From Octopus sinensis (lineage: Eukaryota): a stretch of 64,000 nucleotides of DNA. Within the stretch, counting starts at the first letter, position 1. Every line of letters starts with the position of its first letter. The stretch is taken from the NCBI RefSeq assembly GCF_006345805.1, contig NC_043008.1, positions 32,178,001 to 32,242,000 on the forward strand. The letters are read 5' to 3'. The translations under genes were made by a program, and so were the position numbers. The notes under the pieces were generated by a model. It did not search any database. It had not been told where the DNA came from and worked only from the letters and a program-made list of their open reading frames with translations. This document shows, in pieces, positions 41,108 through 56,586 of this stretch.

Positions 41108-42394
41108 ATAGTTTGGTTCACAGCCAAAGGAATGCAATTTGTTGGAATGGATTTAAATGATTGTGATTTTTAAAGGAGATGAAGAAATATGCAGACATTT
41201 AAGGATAGATAAATAATGTGGAAGAAGACAGGAAAATAATGTAGCATCGCCAACGCGATTTGAATGCCTCCATCATTATAAGAATGGGAAGCTTAAGTAA
41301 TCGTAATTCTAAGTCTTACGGTTCCAATTGTTCGAACGATCAATGAATGATAGCGGTGTGAAAAGGTAATAAGAAAAATACCCTAAGGAAAAAATTTCTA
41401 AATATGATTATTTCTTAGATTTATTTGGGGTCCGAGGAGAAACGAACAATAAACGGAGAAACAAAAATGTCAGAAAACGTGCCACAATTTCCTCTATGCA
41501 TACCATGTGCAGAAACTCGTGATACACGTGAAACTCTTTCTATCTTCCTTTTTTTCTTTCTTTCACACCCTATGTATATATATATATGTATGTCTGACTG
41601 TGTTTGACTGTATCTGTATGCACACTCCGATACATATATCTGTGTGTGTGAGTGTGTGTAACTATGTTTAGAACTAAATCTATAAATATATTTTCTAAAT
41701 AGAACTCCACTCCTACTCTTGCTTTCTCTTTCTCTTTCCGTAAAGAATAGTTTCTCAGAAGGTTCCCACAGTCAGGTTAATTTTTAATGCGTGAGAAATA
41801 AGGAAGAGACAAAGGGAAAAGGAAAGAATAGAAATAATAGAAATAAAAAGAAAATGTATAACAAACATTTTGCGAATAGAAAGGCTCTCGTAATATTTCG
41901 TTGAGAATAAGGAAATAATACAGTATTGTTCCGCTATATAACTTTCAGAGTGTTTATCTCAATTGTTTGAAATATTTATATATGTGCGCCGAGAATAGAT
42001 TTCAATGAATATTTTTGATGAATGTTGTTCGATATTTCTGTATTTCATTATGGAAATACATTGTCTGTCGACATTTTGTTGTTGTCGTCGAATTTTTTCA
42101 GTCACGTGCTTCGCCATGCTGAGCGATAGTGAAATTTGTACTTTACAATACAGACAACGCATGAGTAGGCATATACATACGTACATACACGTGTACACAC
42201 ATACATAGACACACACACAAACAAATTAATAAGCCCTCAACACAAAGCATGATTTTTAAGAGCGGACATTGCCATCAGGTTAAAAAGTTCGCTTGGCAAC
42301 ACATGGGTTCGAGTTTGATTCCATAGCGTGGCACATGGTGTGAGCGTCTTCTATTACGACTTCGAATTGTTTAATGCCTTATGAGAGAAATTTG

Positions 42395-42718
42395 GGTGCC
42401 GGTGTAGTATGTGATCTACATACATGTTTCTGGCATAGCTTGTGATCTACTTTAGTTCAAATGGTATAGTTTGTAATCTACACCGACTTTTTGATCTACA
42501 TTTAAAATTCACCTATTTACTCAGTTACTTGGTTAGGTGTATAAACAAAGAAACTTTTATGATTTAAACACTTTTAGTTTATTTTTTAAATGTTTAACTC
42601 ACTCATCTAATTATAATTGCAAATTTAAAACAAAATTTTGAATGTAGAATACAAGCTAGTCTAGATTTAAGGTGCTGTAGATCACAATGGCATGTAGATC
42701 ACATACTACACCTGCACC
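42395..42718. mobile_element. MITE with 26-bp GG-terminal TIRs and an 8-bp TSD (Merlin-like), inserted in a SINE
   Basis: TIRs GGTGCCGGTGTAGTATGTGATCTACA / TGTAGATCACATACTACACCTGCACC. TSD GAAATTTG at 42387-42394 and 42719-42726. SINE sequence resumes after it (GGTAGACAAACT). Confidence 0.75.
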
Positions 42719-42741
42719 GAAATTTGGTAGACAAACTTTAC

Positions 42742-42776
<35 letters not shown>

Positions 42777-44435
42777 ATGCGCGTCCCCGCGCACGTTTGT
42801 ACAGGAAAGGTGGGGCACGCAAACGAATAAAAGAAAACAGCACATATTAAAGACGAGCCGATGTACTTTTACGTCCATGAAACTTAACAATTATCGTACT
42901 TATAATAGTAGTAGCCGTAGTACGATTATAATGATGGATCCACTTGTCGTTGTTGTTTATTATGAAGGAATGCCTGTAATAGAGCCCTCGCAAAACTGAG
43001 CTTTTGCTACATTTACTAGATTGATGGGTTTTCTTTTACTTTCTTTCTATGATGTCAACAAAAGGTTTCAGGACGTTTGATCGTCCAAGACATTACCTTG
43101 AGGTAAAAATTTCGGCTCGTCCTTGACAGTTAATATATTTTGTCATGTGTTGTGTTTATAGTAAAACTGATTATTATAATTATTATTTAACCGACAAGAT
43201 GTATTTTCTTTTGGTGTCGCTTTTGCCTTTTAAGGCTTTTGGATTTTGTTCTGTCTTGCTTGGGATCGGACTTCTTTTATTCCGTACCATGTTACATAAA
43301 CATATTTACTCTCATCTATACGCTATTAAAAGACAAAAATATTTTTGGCTTGACCTGTCTTACGCATAATAATGGTATCAAAACTAAAAGATAACATCCG
43401 CCAAGAAAGTTAAAAAAAGAAACAAAAAACAAATATAAATCGTGTGAACAATACATCACAGTCATTTGTAGCTTTAAAAATTCACAATAAGAAATGGAAT
43501 TTACACGAGTAAGTATATCCATAATAAAATACACAAAGATTAGGAGACAAAAGCCAAACGAGAAAAGGAACTTCGTTACAGATGCCAAAGACATTTTGAT
43601 TGTGGCCAGGCTTCAGCTCAAGAAAGAATTACAGAACTAGAAATTCTGTATTCTTTCTCTACTGGAATAAAAATTCCTATGCTTGAAAAATAGATAAGGG
43701 TTGGTTATGCAGCTTCAAAATCCTGTCTTAAATAACTCATTATCTAACCCATATCGACACCGAAAAAGCAAAGACTAAACTCTCAAATGAACATAGAAGG
43801 TTCTGCAAATTCATTGCAGTTTGTAATAACCAGAACACTTGCTTACTGTTTGGTTAATAAAAGGAAGAAGAATTTTCTCTATACTCTCACGAAAGCAACT
43901 ACAAGATGTATTGTTTACATGTGTATTAGTCTTATACCTTAAATGAGGTAAACCTGATATACAAGATTGAAAGTGGGGAGCAAATATTTGCCATGGACTA
44001 GCGTAACACAAATGAAATAGCTAGGGACATTGGCAGTGATATTAAACCCTGGATCGTTGTCAACATAGTTAGCACAATATGGACGAAGGTAAGCGCAGAA
44101 TCGCGATAAATGGAATGGTCAAGAGAAATAAATACGGGCTTACAAATCATATTGATCCCTGAAAACCGTGGGGCTATTCCAGAGCTGTGCACTGTTATTG
44201 CTGCAAAACCAAAGCAATGAAAATGGCGGTGCAAAGCAGAGAGCCAATTTCTTAGATTTGTGGAAGTAAGAACCACTTGAGGTTAGAATATTATCCTTCG
44301 ACAACAACGTTTATCCCGAAAGACATCTGCCGCAACAATACCAACAATCGACGTTCCGAAGAAGGTCGAAGTTGACAAGCCTCCAGGACCAGAAGCTGGT
44401 GTAATGTACTGAGCGATGTTTTCTTTTGTTTGTAG

Positions 44436-44469
<34 letters not shown>

Positions 44470-47457
44470 CCCCCCACAATCTCGCACGGGCAGCTAAACA
44501 CATGCTTGCATGCATACACACGCGTACTTACCTATCTACTTACCTACATGTGTGCGGATGTTTGTGTATATGTGTGTGGGTTCTGAGAAAGGGAAAAAAA
44601 GATATTGGCCCACTGGCGGGATTCGATCCACATACGAGTAGCTATCCAGTCCTGAAGATTGTGTTCACTATTACACTAAAACGACCATGGCTAATTACCT
44701 CTCCCTCTTACTCTCAGTAAAACAAACATACCTTTTTCTGTCACTCACTGGCTTAATAAAATGATGATGGGCAACACATATGATTTCTTGTTTTCTGGGT
44801 TTCCCCCCCATGGCTTCTAAAATTGGTGAGAAAAAAAGAGAGAAAGAACAGACATAATCCTTAGATCAGGAGCCTGACCTGAATGCTTGCAACAGGGAAC
44901 TCTACTAAAGGCATCAAAAGCCAAGTAGTGATATTAAACCCGGTAATGGATTAAAGCCACGTTAATGAACTAGAACTTTAGTTTCAACAAGCTCCAATAC
45001 AATTTCCATTTATCAGAGATGGCATTTCAATGACGAAGTTGCGAATTAGCAAGTAAAGGACTCTGACAGAACATAGCTGATTGATTGACTGGACAATTGA
45101 TCAAACGATAGATTAATTAATTGGTTAAATGGTTTAAGTAGTTGACTAGTAAAAAAAAATAAAAGAATTGAAATGGAATTAGTGTGTGTGCTTATTATTG
45201 GCATAAGGATTCTCCCAAGATACAACAAAATCTGTTTCAGTACACAAATTCACATTACTCACTGAATGGGTTATGTTATACCGTAGGAAATCTGATTGTA
45301 AGGACCATTGACTGGTGAAGACGCGTGGCCTAATGCCTAGAGCACTGCGTTCTTGATCGTAAGATCGTGCTTTCGAATCCTTGAACGAGCAGTAAGTTTG
45401 TTCTTGAGTAAACCGCTTCTTTTCACGTTGCAGCAGTCCACTCGGTTATAAATGAGCTGCAGAAATAGTTGGGAAGTTACCCTTGACATGGACTGGTGTC
45501 TAATCTAGTGGGAGGGAAAGTTGTTATCTCGGTCAATTATACACTACAAAAACTGGGTAAAGTTCCGCTCATATGAGTGCTAGGGCTCATGAAAGACCTA
45601 ACGCCGTTCATATTGTCCCTTTCCCTAGCGGGAGGCTAGCAACCCTCTTTTGGTAAAACTGATATTTTACTGGATGGCCCAATTACACAAAAAAGTAGAA
45701 ACTAACCTAAGAGAAGACAATATGATCGGATATTTATGAAGGTAACTGGGTACAGGATTGTGGATCATTAGTAAATTTCGTGAGAAAGCTAATGGTGTAT
45801 GTGGAAACAGCAGGTTTTAATCGGAAAGCGAAACCTGCCGATTTCTCTCAGAAGCATACAACCACTCTTCGATGCTGTGTTGCTAAGCGTTACTTAGCCC
45901 CAGGTCAGACTTGTTCCAAAATGTTCCTTTCCTGAACATTCTGTTATTATTTTTTCACAGTTTATCTCGGGCTACATAATTTAATGTACCCTGCTTTCTT
46001 GTTTTTTTTTTTACGACCAAGCGCACAAACTGTCCCTATATTCTCATGTAGGGTGATAATGTGTGGTAATATTTGTCAGGCGTTCCCAAATAAAGTTGTT
46101 TTAACTCTAGGTCATAGATAAATGAGCAAAAATATGATCAAAAGCCTGCTACGAAAGAAACTCAGACTCATTTGTATACCGAATAATATTATTCAAGGTG
46201 ACTCTCCTTTATTTCAAAAGACGATAGATTCTGATTTGAGGGTGGTTTAACTGCCAATTTTAGAAGGTAGAGTGACCATAAAAACTCTCAAAATGGTTTG
46301 AAACGAAACGGCTTTAGGTACCGACTGAAAACTCTTGCGAAATTACCCCAGGTTCTGTTACGCTCGTCAATCATTTTAAGAACGAGATGAGAAAGTTGTT
46401 ATGTAAACTAAAATAAGGCAGGACAGTCGTAGCTAGAACACCTATGACCATAAGTCAGCTGGACTAAAGTTGGCTTGAAATTTAGCTACAGCAACAACAA
46501 CAAGCACAACAATCACCGGAATAATAACCAGAAGCATGTTGGTTAATCTAGTCCTAGATACACTCTTACTGAAATGAAACGGAAATGTCACGCCTGGTAA
46601 ACATTTAATCACCAGTCTGCACTATAAAGTATGGTCTGGGTTAAACAACCTCAATAACACTTTCAACAACGAAAAGGCGGGATGCATCAGATAAACTGTC
46701 TGAAAACGAATAAAGAGAGTGATAATGACTGAAACATATTTTATGATACGGCGGCTGAAAAGTTATAAAACTAGGGAATCCAAAAAAAGTGGGAGTGGGA
46801 GCATATATTGGATAATGCAAACCTAGATATGTTAAAGTATGTCTTTAAGCAAAAGTATATCTTTAATCTGGTCATGGTTGGAAAACATTTGATCAAAGGC
46901 GTAGTGTATCAAGTTAGGCATCTACGAGAGGGGAAATCTCGGTTAGAACATCGTTGATCTGTTCGATCAAACTAGAGCGGATGTGGACTAAATATCACCA
47001 ACGAAGATAGAGGATTGGCCAATCGGTAGAGCATCGGAAAAATGGCAGCGTACTAAGTTCAAATTCCATCTAAATCAAATATGTTTTCCCCCCATTCGGG
47101 ATCAATGATAAAAATCAAGTGCCAGTCAAGTACTGCAGCTGTTTACTTTAAACTTGTGTCAGTCGTTGGACTGCGGCTATACTGGGGCGGCACCTTGAGA
47201 ATTTAGGGGAACAAGTCAGCCCCAGTACTTAATTGTTAAGACTCATACTCTCTTTTGCCGAACTGTGAAGTTACAGGGACGTAACAGGGACGTTATCAAG
47301 TGGTGTGGGTAGACAAACACAAAGACACCCACACAAACATATATATGTATATGAATATATATATATATATATATACTTTGATACTTTGATAGGTTTCGGC
47401 CATTATTGGCCCAGGCCATGTCTAACTTAATAGCACCACCTGGTGAGGTCTTTCAAG

Positions 47458-47670
47458 TCAGAATTTGGGCACTATGGCCCACTCAAGTAGAGAGTTATTG
47501 TTTACAGAGACATATCCGGGTGTAGGGGGTTTATCCGGGATTTCTTGAAGGAATCTGTCCAAAGACTTCTTGAACCCTATAGGGTCAGTTTCTGTTTTAA
47601 TGTGTTTTGGTGTAATGTTAAAGAGAGCGGGGCCAATTGAGGTGAAATAATTGTGCCGTATTGTTGTTAT
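47458..47670 (-). mobile_element. CR1-group LINE extreme 3' fragment
   Basis: GPALFNITPKHIK...FKKSLDRFLQEIPDKP...NSLLEW. Confidence 0.75.
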
Positions 47671-48461
47671 ATATATATATATATATATATATATACAAAG
47701 CAATAAAGGGTTTAGCAACGAATTGCCTTACCACATACCGAATTTAGAAATAGCAGTCAAAGAGTTATAGCTATTTCTTCTACTAAAAAGGGAGATCTCA
47801 GTAAAAACAGCAATTGGAAGGCAGACACAAACATATACACATGCACACGAGAGGATGCTAAAAAGTTATTTAAGGGTATCGTGAAAAGCCTTACGAGTTC
47901 TTTTACAGAGCTTAGAAAAACTGAAAGACCGCTGCACTAAGTGTGTGAATCTGAGAGGGGAATATGTTGAATGACTGAAAGTAAGACAAAGTGGTTTGCA
48001 AACCTAGCTTCTTTATCACACAGCAATGCCTTCACATGCATCTAAGTAAATAAAAACTAATAAAAAAAAAACAAAAAGAAACAGCGACGTCTCAGTCCAA
48101 ACACCGAAACATATAAAAGACAAAAGGTAGAGTCTTACATTTATAAATTGTTGTTTAGATTTAGGTCAGCCCAGAATGAACTGGAATTCTAGATATCAAC
48201 TCACCGTCTTTTTAAAGGTGTGCGAGATGACAATATCTAATGTAGTGTTTCCCATGGTGGGGCGTGACAATGTTTTGCGGGCGCATAAATTACTTCGAAT
48301 TAGGGCGGAAGCAAAAATTTTAAGTGCAATACAGTTTTAATTAATTCACACACAAACATACAGACACAAATATATTTACATACGCACACACACATATATA
48401 TCTGTGCGTGTGTGTATGTGTGTGTGAATGTGTGCGTGTAATTTATTAAAACTTTATTGTA

Positions 48462-48466
<5 letters not shown>

Positions 48467-48520
<54 letters not shown>

Positions 48521-48536
48521 AGATATAATATATTAA

Positions 48537-48569
<33 letters not shown>

Positions 48570-48574
48570 AATAC

Positions 48575-48623
<49 letters not shown>

Positions 48624-48624
48624 C

Positions 48625-48668
<44 letters not shown>

Positions 48669-48669
48669 G

Positions 48670-48710
<41 letters not shown>

Positions 48711-48719
48711 TATATTATA

Positions 48720-48777
<58 letters not shown>
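48467..48777. repeat. Fold-back compound microsatellite: (AT)n(AG)n ... (CT)n(AT)n
   Basis: The unique 16-mer gatataatatattaat recurs as its reverse complement attaatatattatatc. The internal tataaatacatatacata occurs twice directly and once inverted. Confidence 0.8.
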
Positions 48778-48782
<5 letters not shown>

Positions 48783-50013
48783 TCATTAAGAATGAAATGT
48801 CCGATATTCTTATGCACCAAATTTGACAGTCGTTAACTCTAATGTTTTATCCTGACAATTCCTTGAAGAGTTACATCATTACTAATAGTAATGCAATTCA
48901 TGGCGTCTGATTATATTGTGAATTTTCTTTTGTAATTCAATTTTTTTTGAACCCATGGATAGATCAAGATTCCTGTTGTTTATGAAAATGAGTTCCGTCG
49001 TGGAACTAATGCATCCTAGACGGCTCGAAACATCAATGAGGTATTTGAAGATGTGGCGAATGAGCACACTGTACGTGGATGGTTTGAGAAGTTCCGATCA
49101 GGTGACTTTACTCTTGAAAATCAGCCCCGTGTTAGACATGAAACTGTAGTGCAAGCGGATACATCTCAAACTACGCGTGAGTTAGCAGCAAGGTTTGCTG
49201 TTTCAATACCAACTGTATTGGACCATCTCAAACAAATTGGCATGGTAAAGAAGCTGAACAAGTGGGTAGCACATGATCTGAACGAGCATCAAATGTCACG
49301 TGGTCTTGAAACTTGCTGTCGTGGCATAAAAGCGAAACATTTTTGCATCGTATTGTTGCATGTGATGAAAAATGGATTCTTTTCAACAAAAGTAAGCGTT
49401 TTGCACGGTGCTTGAATAGCAACGAAGTGCCAAAACACAATCCAAAAAAGAATATTCATCAAAAAAAGCTACTAGAGTCTGTTCGGCGGTCCAGCGCTGG
49501 TGTCGTCCACTACAGCTTCATGAAACCTGGTAAGTTAATTACAGCGGGTGTATACGTCAACCTTTTAGATAAAATGATGAGTGAACTTGCAATTAAACAA
49601 CCGAGATTGATCTATAGAGACATGCCAATTCTCTTGCAAGACAATGCTCGACCACATGTTGCACAAAGAACGCTACTCAAGTCACAGGAACTGAACTTGG
49701 AAGTACTCTGTCATCCACCATATTCACCAGACCTTGCACCTACTGACTATTACGTTTTCCCGCCATTAGACAACTTTTGTAAGGAAAAACTTAAAGTCTG
49801 AAGAAGATGCCAAAACAGCCTTTCGTGATTTTCTCACCTCTTGCTCTCCAAAATTCTTCACTGCCACATAAATAAGCTACCGATAATATGATGAAATGGT
49901 AAAATTGTGTTGATAATTTAGGTGCATACTTTGATTAAATGCATAGCTTTTTGTTGAGATAAAGTAAAATAAACTTTCAGTTCAAAATCGGACATTTTAT
50001 TCTTATGATCTGA
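48778..50013 (+). mobile_element. Full-length decayed mariner (DD34D) transposon
   Basis: About 28-bp TIRs TCAGATCATTAAGAATGAAATGTCCGAT / ATCGGACATTTTATTCTTATGATCTGA with TA flanks. Frameshifted transposase with WFEKFRSG, WVAHDL, CDEKW, QDNARPH and HPPYSPDLAPTDY. Confidence 0.93.
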
Positions 50014-50029
50014 TATATCTCTTTTATCT

Positions 50030-50222
50030 TTTTCTTTTACTTGTTTCAGTGATTCGACTGTGGCTATCCTTGGGTACCACGTTGAAGAGTTTTAGTCGAA
50101 TGAATTGCCCCCGAGATATTTTTCAAGCCGGTACTTATTCTATCGGTCTCTTAGGCCGAACCGCTAAGTTACGTGGACGTGAACACACCAGCACCGGTTG
50201 TCAAATGGTGTTGGGACAAGCA

Positions 50223-50280
<58 letters not shown>

Positions 50281-50450
50281 ACACACACACACACATGGCG
50301 GTCGTCTTTCAGTTTCGGTTTACAAAATTCACTCACAAGACTTTGGTCGGCCCAAGGCTATTGGAGAAGGCACGTGACAAGGTGCCACTCAGTGGGGCTG
50401 AACCCAGAACCATGTGGTAGGGAAGCAAGCATCTTTCCACACAGCCACAC
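50030..50450 (-). mobile_element. SINE family A, full-length copy
   Basis: Reverse complement of the 33035-33428 family, including head, (CA)n and tail. Confidence 0.85.
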
Positions 50451-51796
50451 GCGCGCGCGCACACACACACACACACATATATATATAAACATCAGTTTTT
50501 TATTGATATTAGCTAAATAAGTAAATATATAATTTTTAATGTAATATATTTTGAATTATTATACTTTTTCTAAAAATCTTCTCTATTGGTGTTAGCAAGC
50601 TGTATATACTTTACCATAGTATTAGTAATTAACCCATTTTATTTCCTTTTCTATGGTGTTCTGCCCTACTTGATTATTTTATTTTATTTCTTTATTATTT
50701 TATAATTAGCCTTTATTTATTTATAAAATTAATCTAATTTTTGTATCTCTATAAATTCATACTTAGCTTATATAAAACTATACTGGTATATTCACTACTT
50801 ATGAAAAAAATACTGTTTAGATTAACATTTTATTAATATATAATTAGTATTTTCCTTTACCCCAATACTCCTTTATTAATACCAGTATATACCAATGAAT
50901 CAATATTCACAGATACCATCTGATGAGTTAGTATTTAACTATACAATATGTATAAATATTAAACTATTTCTAGATAATTTCTTTTCCTCCCTCTATTGTC
51001 GTAAAAATTTGGTATATACTCAAAAGTATTCATAAATTTCTATCCTTTTGTTATAATATTCTTCTTAATAATCATTTAAATAACCATAAACTTTAACTGT
51101 ATACAATATAGCAACATTGTTTAAAATATTTAACTATAGTACCACATGATAAGACTTCCCCTGTTTCATTATCAATAGTCTGCTAGTGGGCGACCCCTTC
51201 AATTATCAGCTAACATCTTGTTTTAAGTTTTCCCCTTCTAAACCTCATGATATTGCTTATAATAAATCTTGATTTTTTATGACTATACTAACTAGAATGT
51301 GTGTCTACTCCCTCAGCCCTACCCCTAACAGATAATGCCCTCTACTCTCTCAGCCTTAGATGTACAAAGGATTTGATAAACTAGTCTATAAATTAAAACT
51401 GACTCCATAAAGACAAAAAATCAGTGACAGGCAGAGTCTTCTTGATAATTTTAGTAACTTCTATGCTGGAGTAGAGACATGTTATTTGTCTATCTCCGTA
51501 ACTTCTTGGAGATTTTAGGTATAATTATACTAATGTGTCCATCTGTTCTAATTTAATTAAATTCTGTGTCTTTGTGCAGCTGAAGATTGTTCTACATTTT
51601 AAATTGATGTAATGATTGCATTGTTCAATTAAAAGGAGTTGCATGAAACGATCGTACTGCATTACCTCTGGATATCCTTGAGCTTATTTTGATTTTTATC
51701 TCCTTACTTTGAAATATATAGATAATACCGTGCTAAATTCTGGTGCCTCAACTTAAGTACCATATTCATCTGAATCTAATTTTTTTCTACCATACC

Positions 51797-51851
<55 letters not shown>

Positions 51852-51853
51852 TA

Positions 51854-51891
<38 letters not shown>

Positions 51892-51910
51892 TATATATTA
51901 TGCTAATAAA

Positions 51911-51946
<36 letters not shown>

Positions 51947-52121
51947 TGTATGTATGTATGTATGTATGTATGTATGTATGCATGCATGCATGCATGTATG
52001 TATGTATATATGTATATATATGTATATATGTAATATATGTATATATATATATGTATATATATATATAGTCTGTGCTATATTAACGAAGCTAAGGCATGGA
52101 CAGTGAAGCCGCTTGGTACAG

Positions 52122-52970
<849 letters not shown>

Positions 52971-53021
52971 CGTCTGTAAAATCCGAAAGAAGAAACACAC
53001 TCTAAGATGTAGAACAGTATA

Positions 53022-53207
53022 TATTAAAAATGGAGATGGCCGGTTTATGGGATTACGTTAGGTTTCCACTCCATAAAGGATTTAGCTTTATGGCATAATG
53101 TCAGATCCCAAAGCCGTGGGCCAACATGTTTTGGGATCTAACTGTACGCCCTTTATAGACGGGAAACCTAGCGTAATCCCATAAACCGGCGTTCCCCATT
53201 TTTAATA
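53022..53207. mobile_element. Fold-back MITE-like hairpin with TTAA at both ends
   Basis: gccggtttatgggattacgttaggtttcc pairs with 53162-53190 (28/29). Outer arms tattaaaaatgg/ccatttttaata and inner stem agatcccaaa/tttgggatct. Confidence 0.65.
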
Positions 53208-53423
53208 AGGCGGCGAGCTGGCAGAAACGTTAGCACGCCCGGCGAAATGCTTAGTGGTATTTCGTCTGCCGCTACGTTCCGAGTTCAAATTCTGCCGAGG
53301 TTGATTTTGTCTTTCATCCTACCGGGATCGATAAATTAAGTACCAGTTACGTACTGGGGTTGATCTAATCGACTGGCCCCCACGTCCCAAAAATTTCGGG
53401 TCTTGTGCCTGGTGTAGAAAAGA

Positions 53424-53454
<31 letters not shown>

Positions 53455-54033
53455 TGTATGTATGTATGTATGTATGTATGTGTATGTATGTATAAGACTT
53501 CTCCCACTTGTGTTTTTTTCTTGTTTTTTTTGTTCATTCCACATATATGCTAAATTCTTTTACCTTGTTTTTATTTCACCTTTTTATTTACTTATTTAAC
53601 TATTTGTTTTGAAAATCGAAGCGGGTGTGTGGGACAAAACAAAACAACGAAATACTGATCTCATATGTATTATTTTGTTACTAAAGACAATAGGTTATTT
53701 TGCTGCTATTTCTCTCTTGTTTATAAAATACACCTTTAGATATGGAAATATAAGAGTATGATTCTGTTAAATGTTTTTTTGTAAATTTTGATATTGTCAA
53801 GGACCAAGTTTGTTGATGGAATTTCTGATATAAATGAAAATATTGTCATTTTTGGTGATTACTAATGTTGGTATTTAAAAAATAATGCTGCTTTTAACAA
53901 TAGAGGTTAGTTCAGTATACATACATACATGTATGCATAGATACACACATATATACATTCATACATACATATGTATAAATACACACAAACATATATACGT
54001 AGACACACATACATACAGACATAGTTAGATAGG

Positions 54034-54102
<69 letters not shown>

Positions 54103-54144
54103 GATAGATAGATAGATAGATACATACATACATACATACATACG

Positions 54145-54178
<34 letters not shown>

Positions 54179-54276
54179 ATACATACAATGTGGGAATGTT
54201 ACAATGTTAATCCAACTACGGAATTATTAAATACGCAAAATATTCTTGACGTTTATTCTCTAGTACAAACAAGGAG

Positions 54277-54450
<174 letters not shown>

Positions 54451-55045
54451 ATGCGCTAAACAGCTTAATCGTTATTTACGAAGTTTTAATTGTTAAGGTT
54501 GTTGGGCAGACAATCATAAAACGTTGGGTTCGATCCCTGAATCAGACAGCTCGTTGTGTCTTTGGGCAAGAGTAAGGTGCTTTGGGTTTCACGTTGTTCC
54601 AATTTATTCACTTGAAACGAGTGCCTACCTAATACTGATGCAGCCTTCTCTCCTTCCGACTCTCATATTCCGGATGTGCCGCTGGATCAAGGTGAAAGTC
54701 TCAGCTGGGTCTCTCCCCCCCTCTCTCTGATCAAGACTACATTCATTTTATGTTTCATTCTTTTACTTGCTTCAGTCAATAGTCATCATACTCAGGAAGA
54801 ATTTTTGTCGAACAAATCGACCGCCAATACTAATATATTTTTTAAAGCCTAGTACTTATTCTATCGGTCTCTATGTCAAACTGCTAAGTTACGGAGACGC
54901 AAGCACATCAACACTTGTTATCAAGCGGTGACGGGGGCGGACAAACAGAGACAGGAAAGAAGGCGCGCGCATATATATATATATATATATATGCATGTAT
55001 GTATGTATGTATGTATGTATGTATGTATGTATGTATGTATGTATG

Positions 55046-55085
<40 letters not shown>

Positions 55086-56586
55086 CATGCATTTATATAT
55101 ATATATATATATACATACATGCATTTATATATATATATATACACACATACACACACACACACACATATATACAAACATATACACACACACGCACACACAT
55201 ACACACATGCACACACACATACACACACACACATATACGTATAAGGTGTGTTATGAGCATTTATAGAACACGTATCCTATAGAAACTCAACAGACAATTA
55301 AAGATGGAGAGGAGAAGGTGTTAAAAGTTAAAGAAAAATTTAATCCATGCATACGATCGTTTCGAACGGTAATATTAACATGTGAATAACATGGAAAAAT
55401 TATAAATTAATTTAATTATAATTATAATTAAATTCATTACATATTACTGTTCTCTTCAGTGCAAAAGAATAATGCATAAAAAAGAATACATAAGAAGAAT
55501 ATTATATTGTAACAGAAGACTAGATGGAGTGAGTGTCACGTAACGTATTCGGACATGCATAATGTGCTTATGAAAAATGAAAGATGAAAACATGCTAAAG
55601 TAGTGTTGAGTCTAGTTGTGTATTAACTATAACTGATGCGGCTAACGGTTGTTTGAAAATACGAGGGAAAAAGGTTTCAGAAACATTCTCTCTATATGAA
55701 GATAAGTAGTTAAATGATATACGTTCCATATAAAGCATTTATCATAAGAAGTAAAATATAATATATATATATATATATGCATATATATAAATAAATAAGC
55801 ATCCAATGGGACAGCATTGCTATATACTTTATTTATATGTATATATAGGCACAGAGCATCAGGTTACATTATTCCATTTGCCCTTCCCTTCTTGGAAATA
55901 GGATGTAATGTAACTCTTTAGCATTCAGATCACTCTGCCAAATGTAATGTTTATTTATTCACATTGTTTGAATTAAAAGCTTCAAGATTTTGATGATGTG
56001 TTTGTTATTTTCAAAATGACATTGCAGGGTAAGTGTGATAGGCCTGAATCTGGTCAGTTTGAACACAAAGCGGGTCGAGTGTTTGGGCCTGATTTGGCCG
56101 GTTTGAATGCTAAAGAAGTTTGGTTGCAATATTTGGCTGGCTGAGTGACCGCATAAGGGCTCCCTCATTGGCTAGGATTGTTGACGGTGTCGGAGGTGAC
56201 AATGATAACGTTGATGACCATAATGACAACAGCGACGACGACGATGATGATGATGATGAAAGCCATGGCAACTATGGTCACTGTGATACCTGAATGATGG
56301 TGATGGTAGTGGTGATAATAGTAGCCGTGATAAGGAGGATAACAATGATAAAGGTGGCGGTGATTGAGATAATGGTATCAATGATAACGATGATGATAGT
56401 GATACTGATGATGGTGATGATCATGTCGACGAGGATGATGGGTATGACAATGATGGTAGTGTCAATGACGACGATATAAATAATGATGTTGACGATGGTG
56501 ATACATACAATTAGACATTTCCTATAAAACGATATTGTCAATAACAATGATAATGCTGATGGTGATGATAACGAAAATTTACATAC

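Noticed and set aside
50540-51560. AT-rich stretch that might be a decayed L1/Tx1 ORF2 (similarly 26200-26520)
   Set aside because: I could not recover a diagnostic motif by manual translation, so it needs a profile search.
56170-56560. Ile/Thr- and Met/Val-rich ORFs next to exon 1, a possible mucin extension
   Set aside because: They lie in a degenerate (ATC/GAT)n tract beyond the 56586 donor and an in-frame TAA, with no usable frame continuity.
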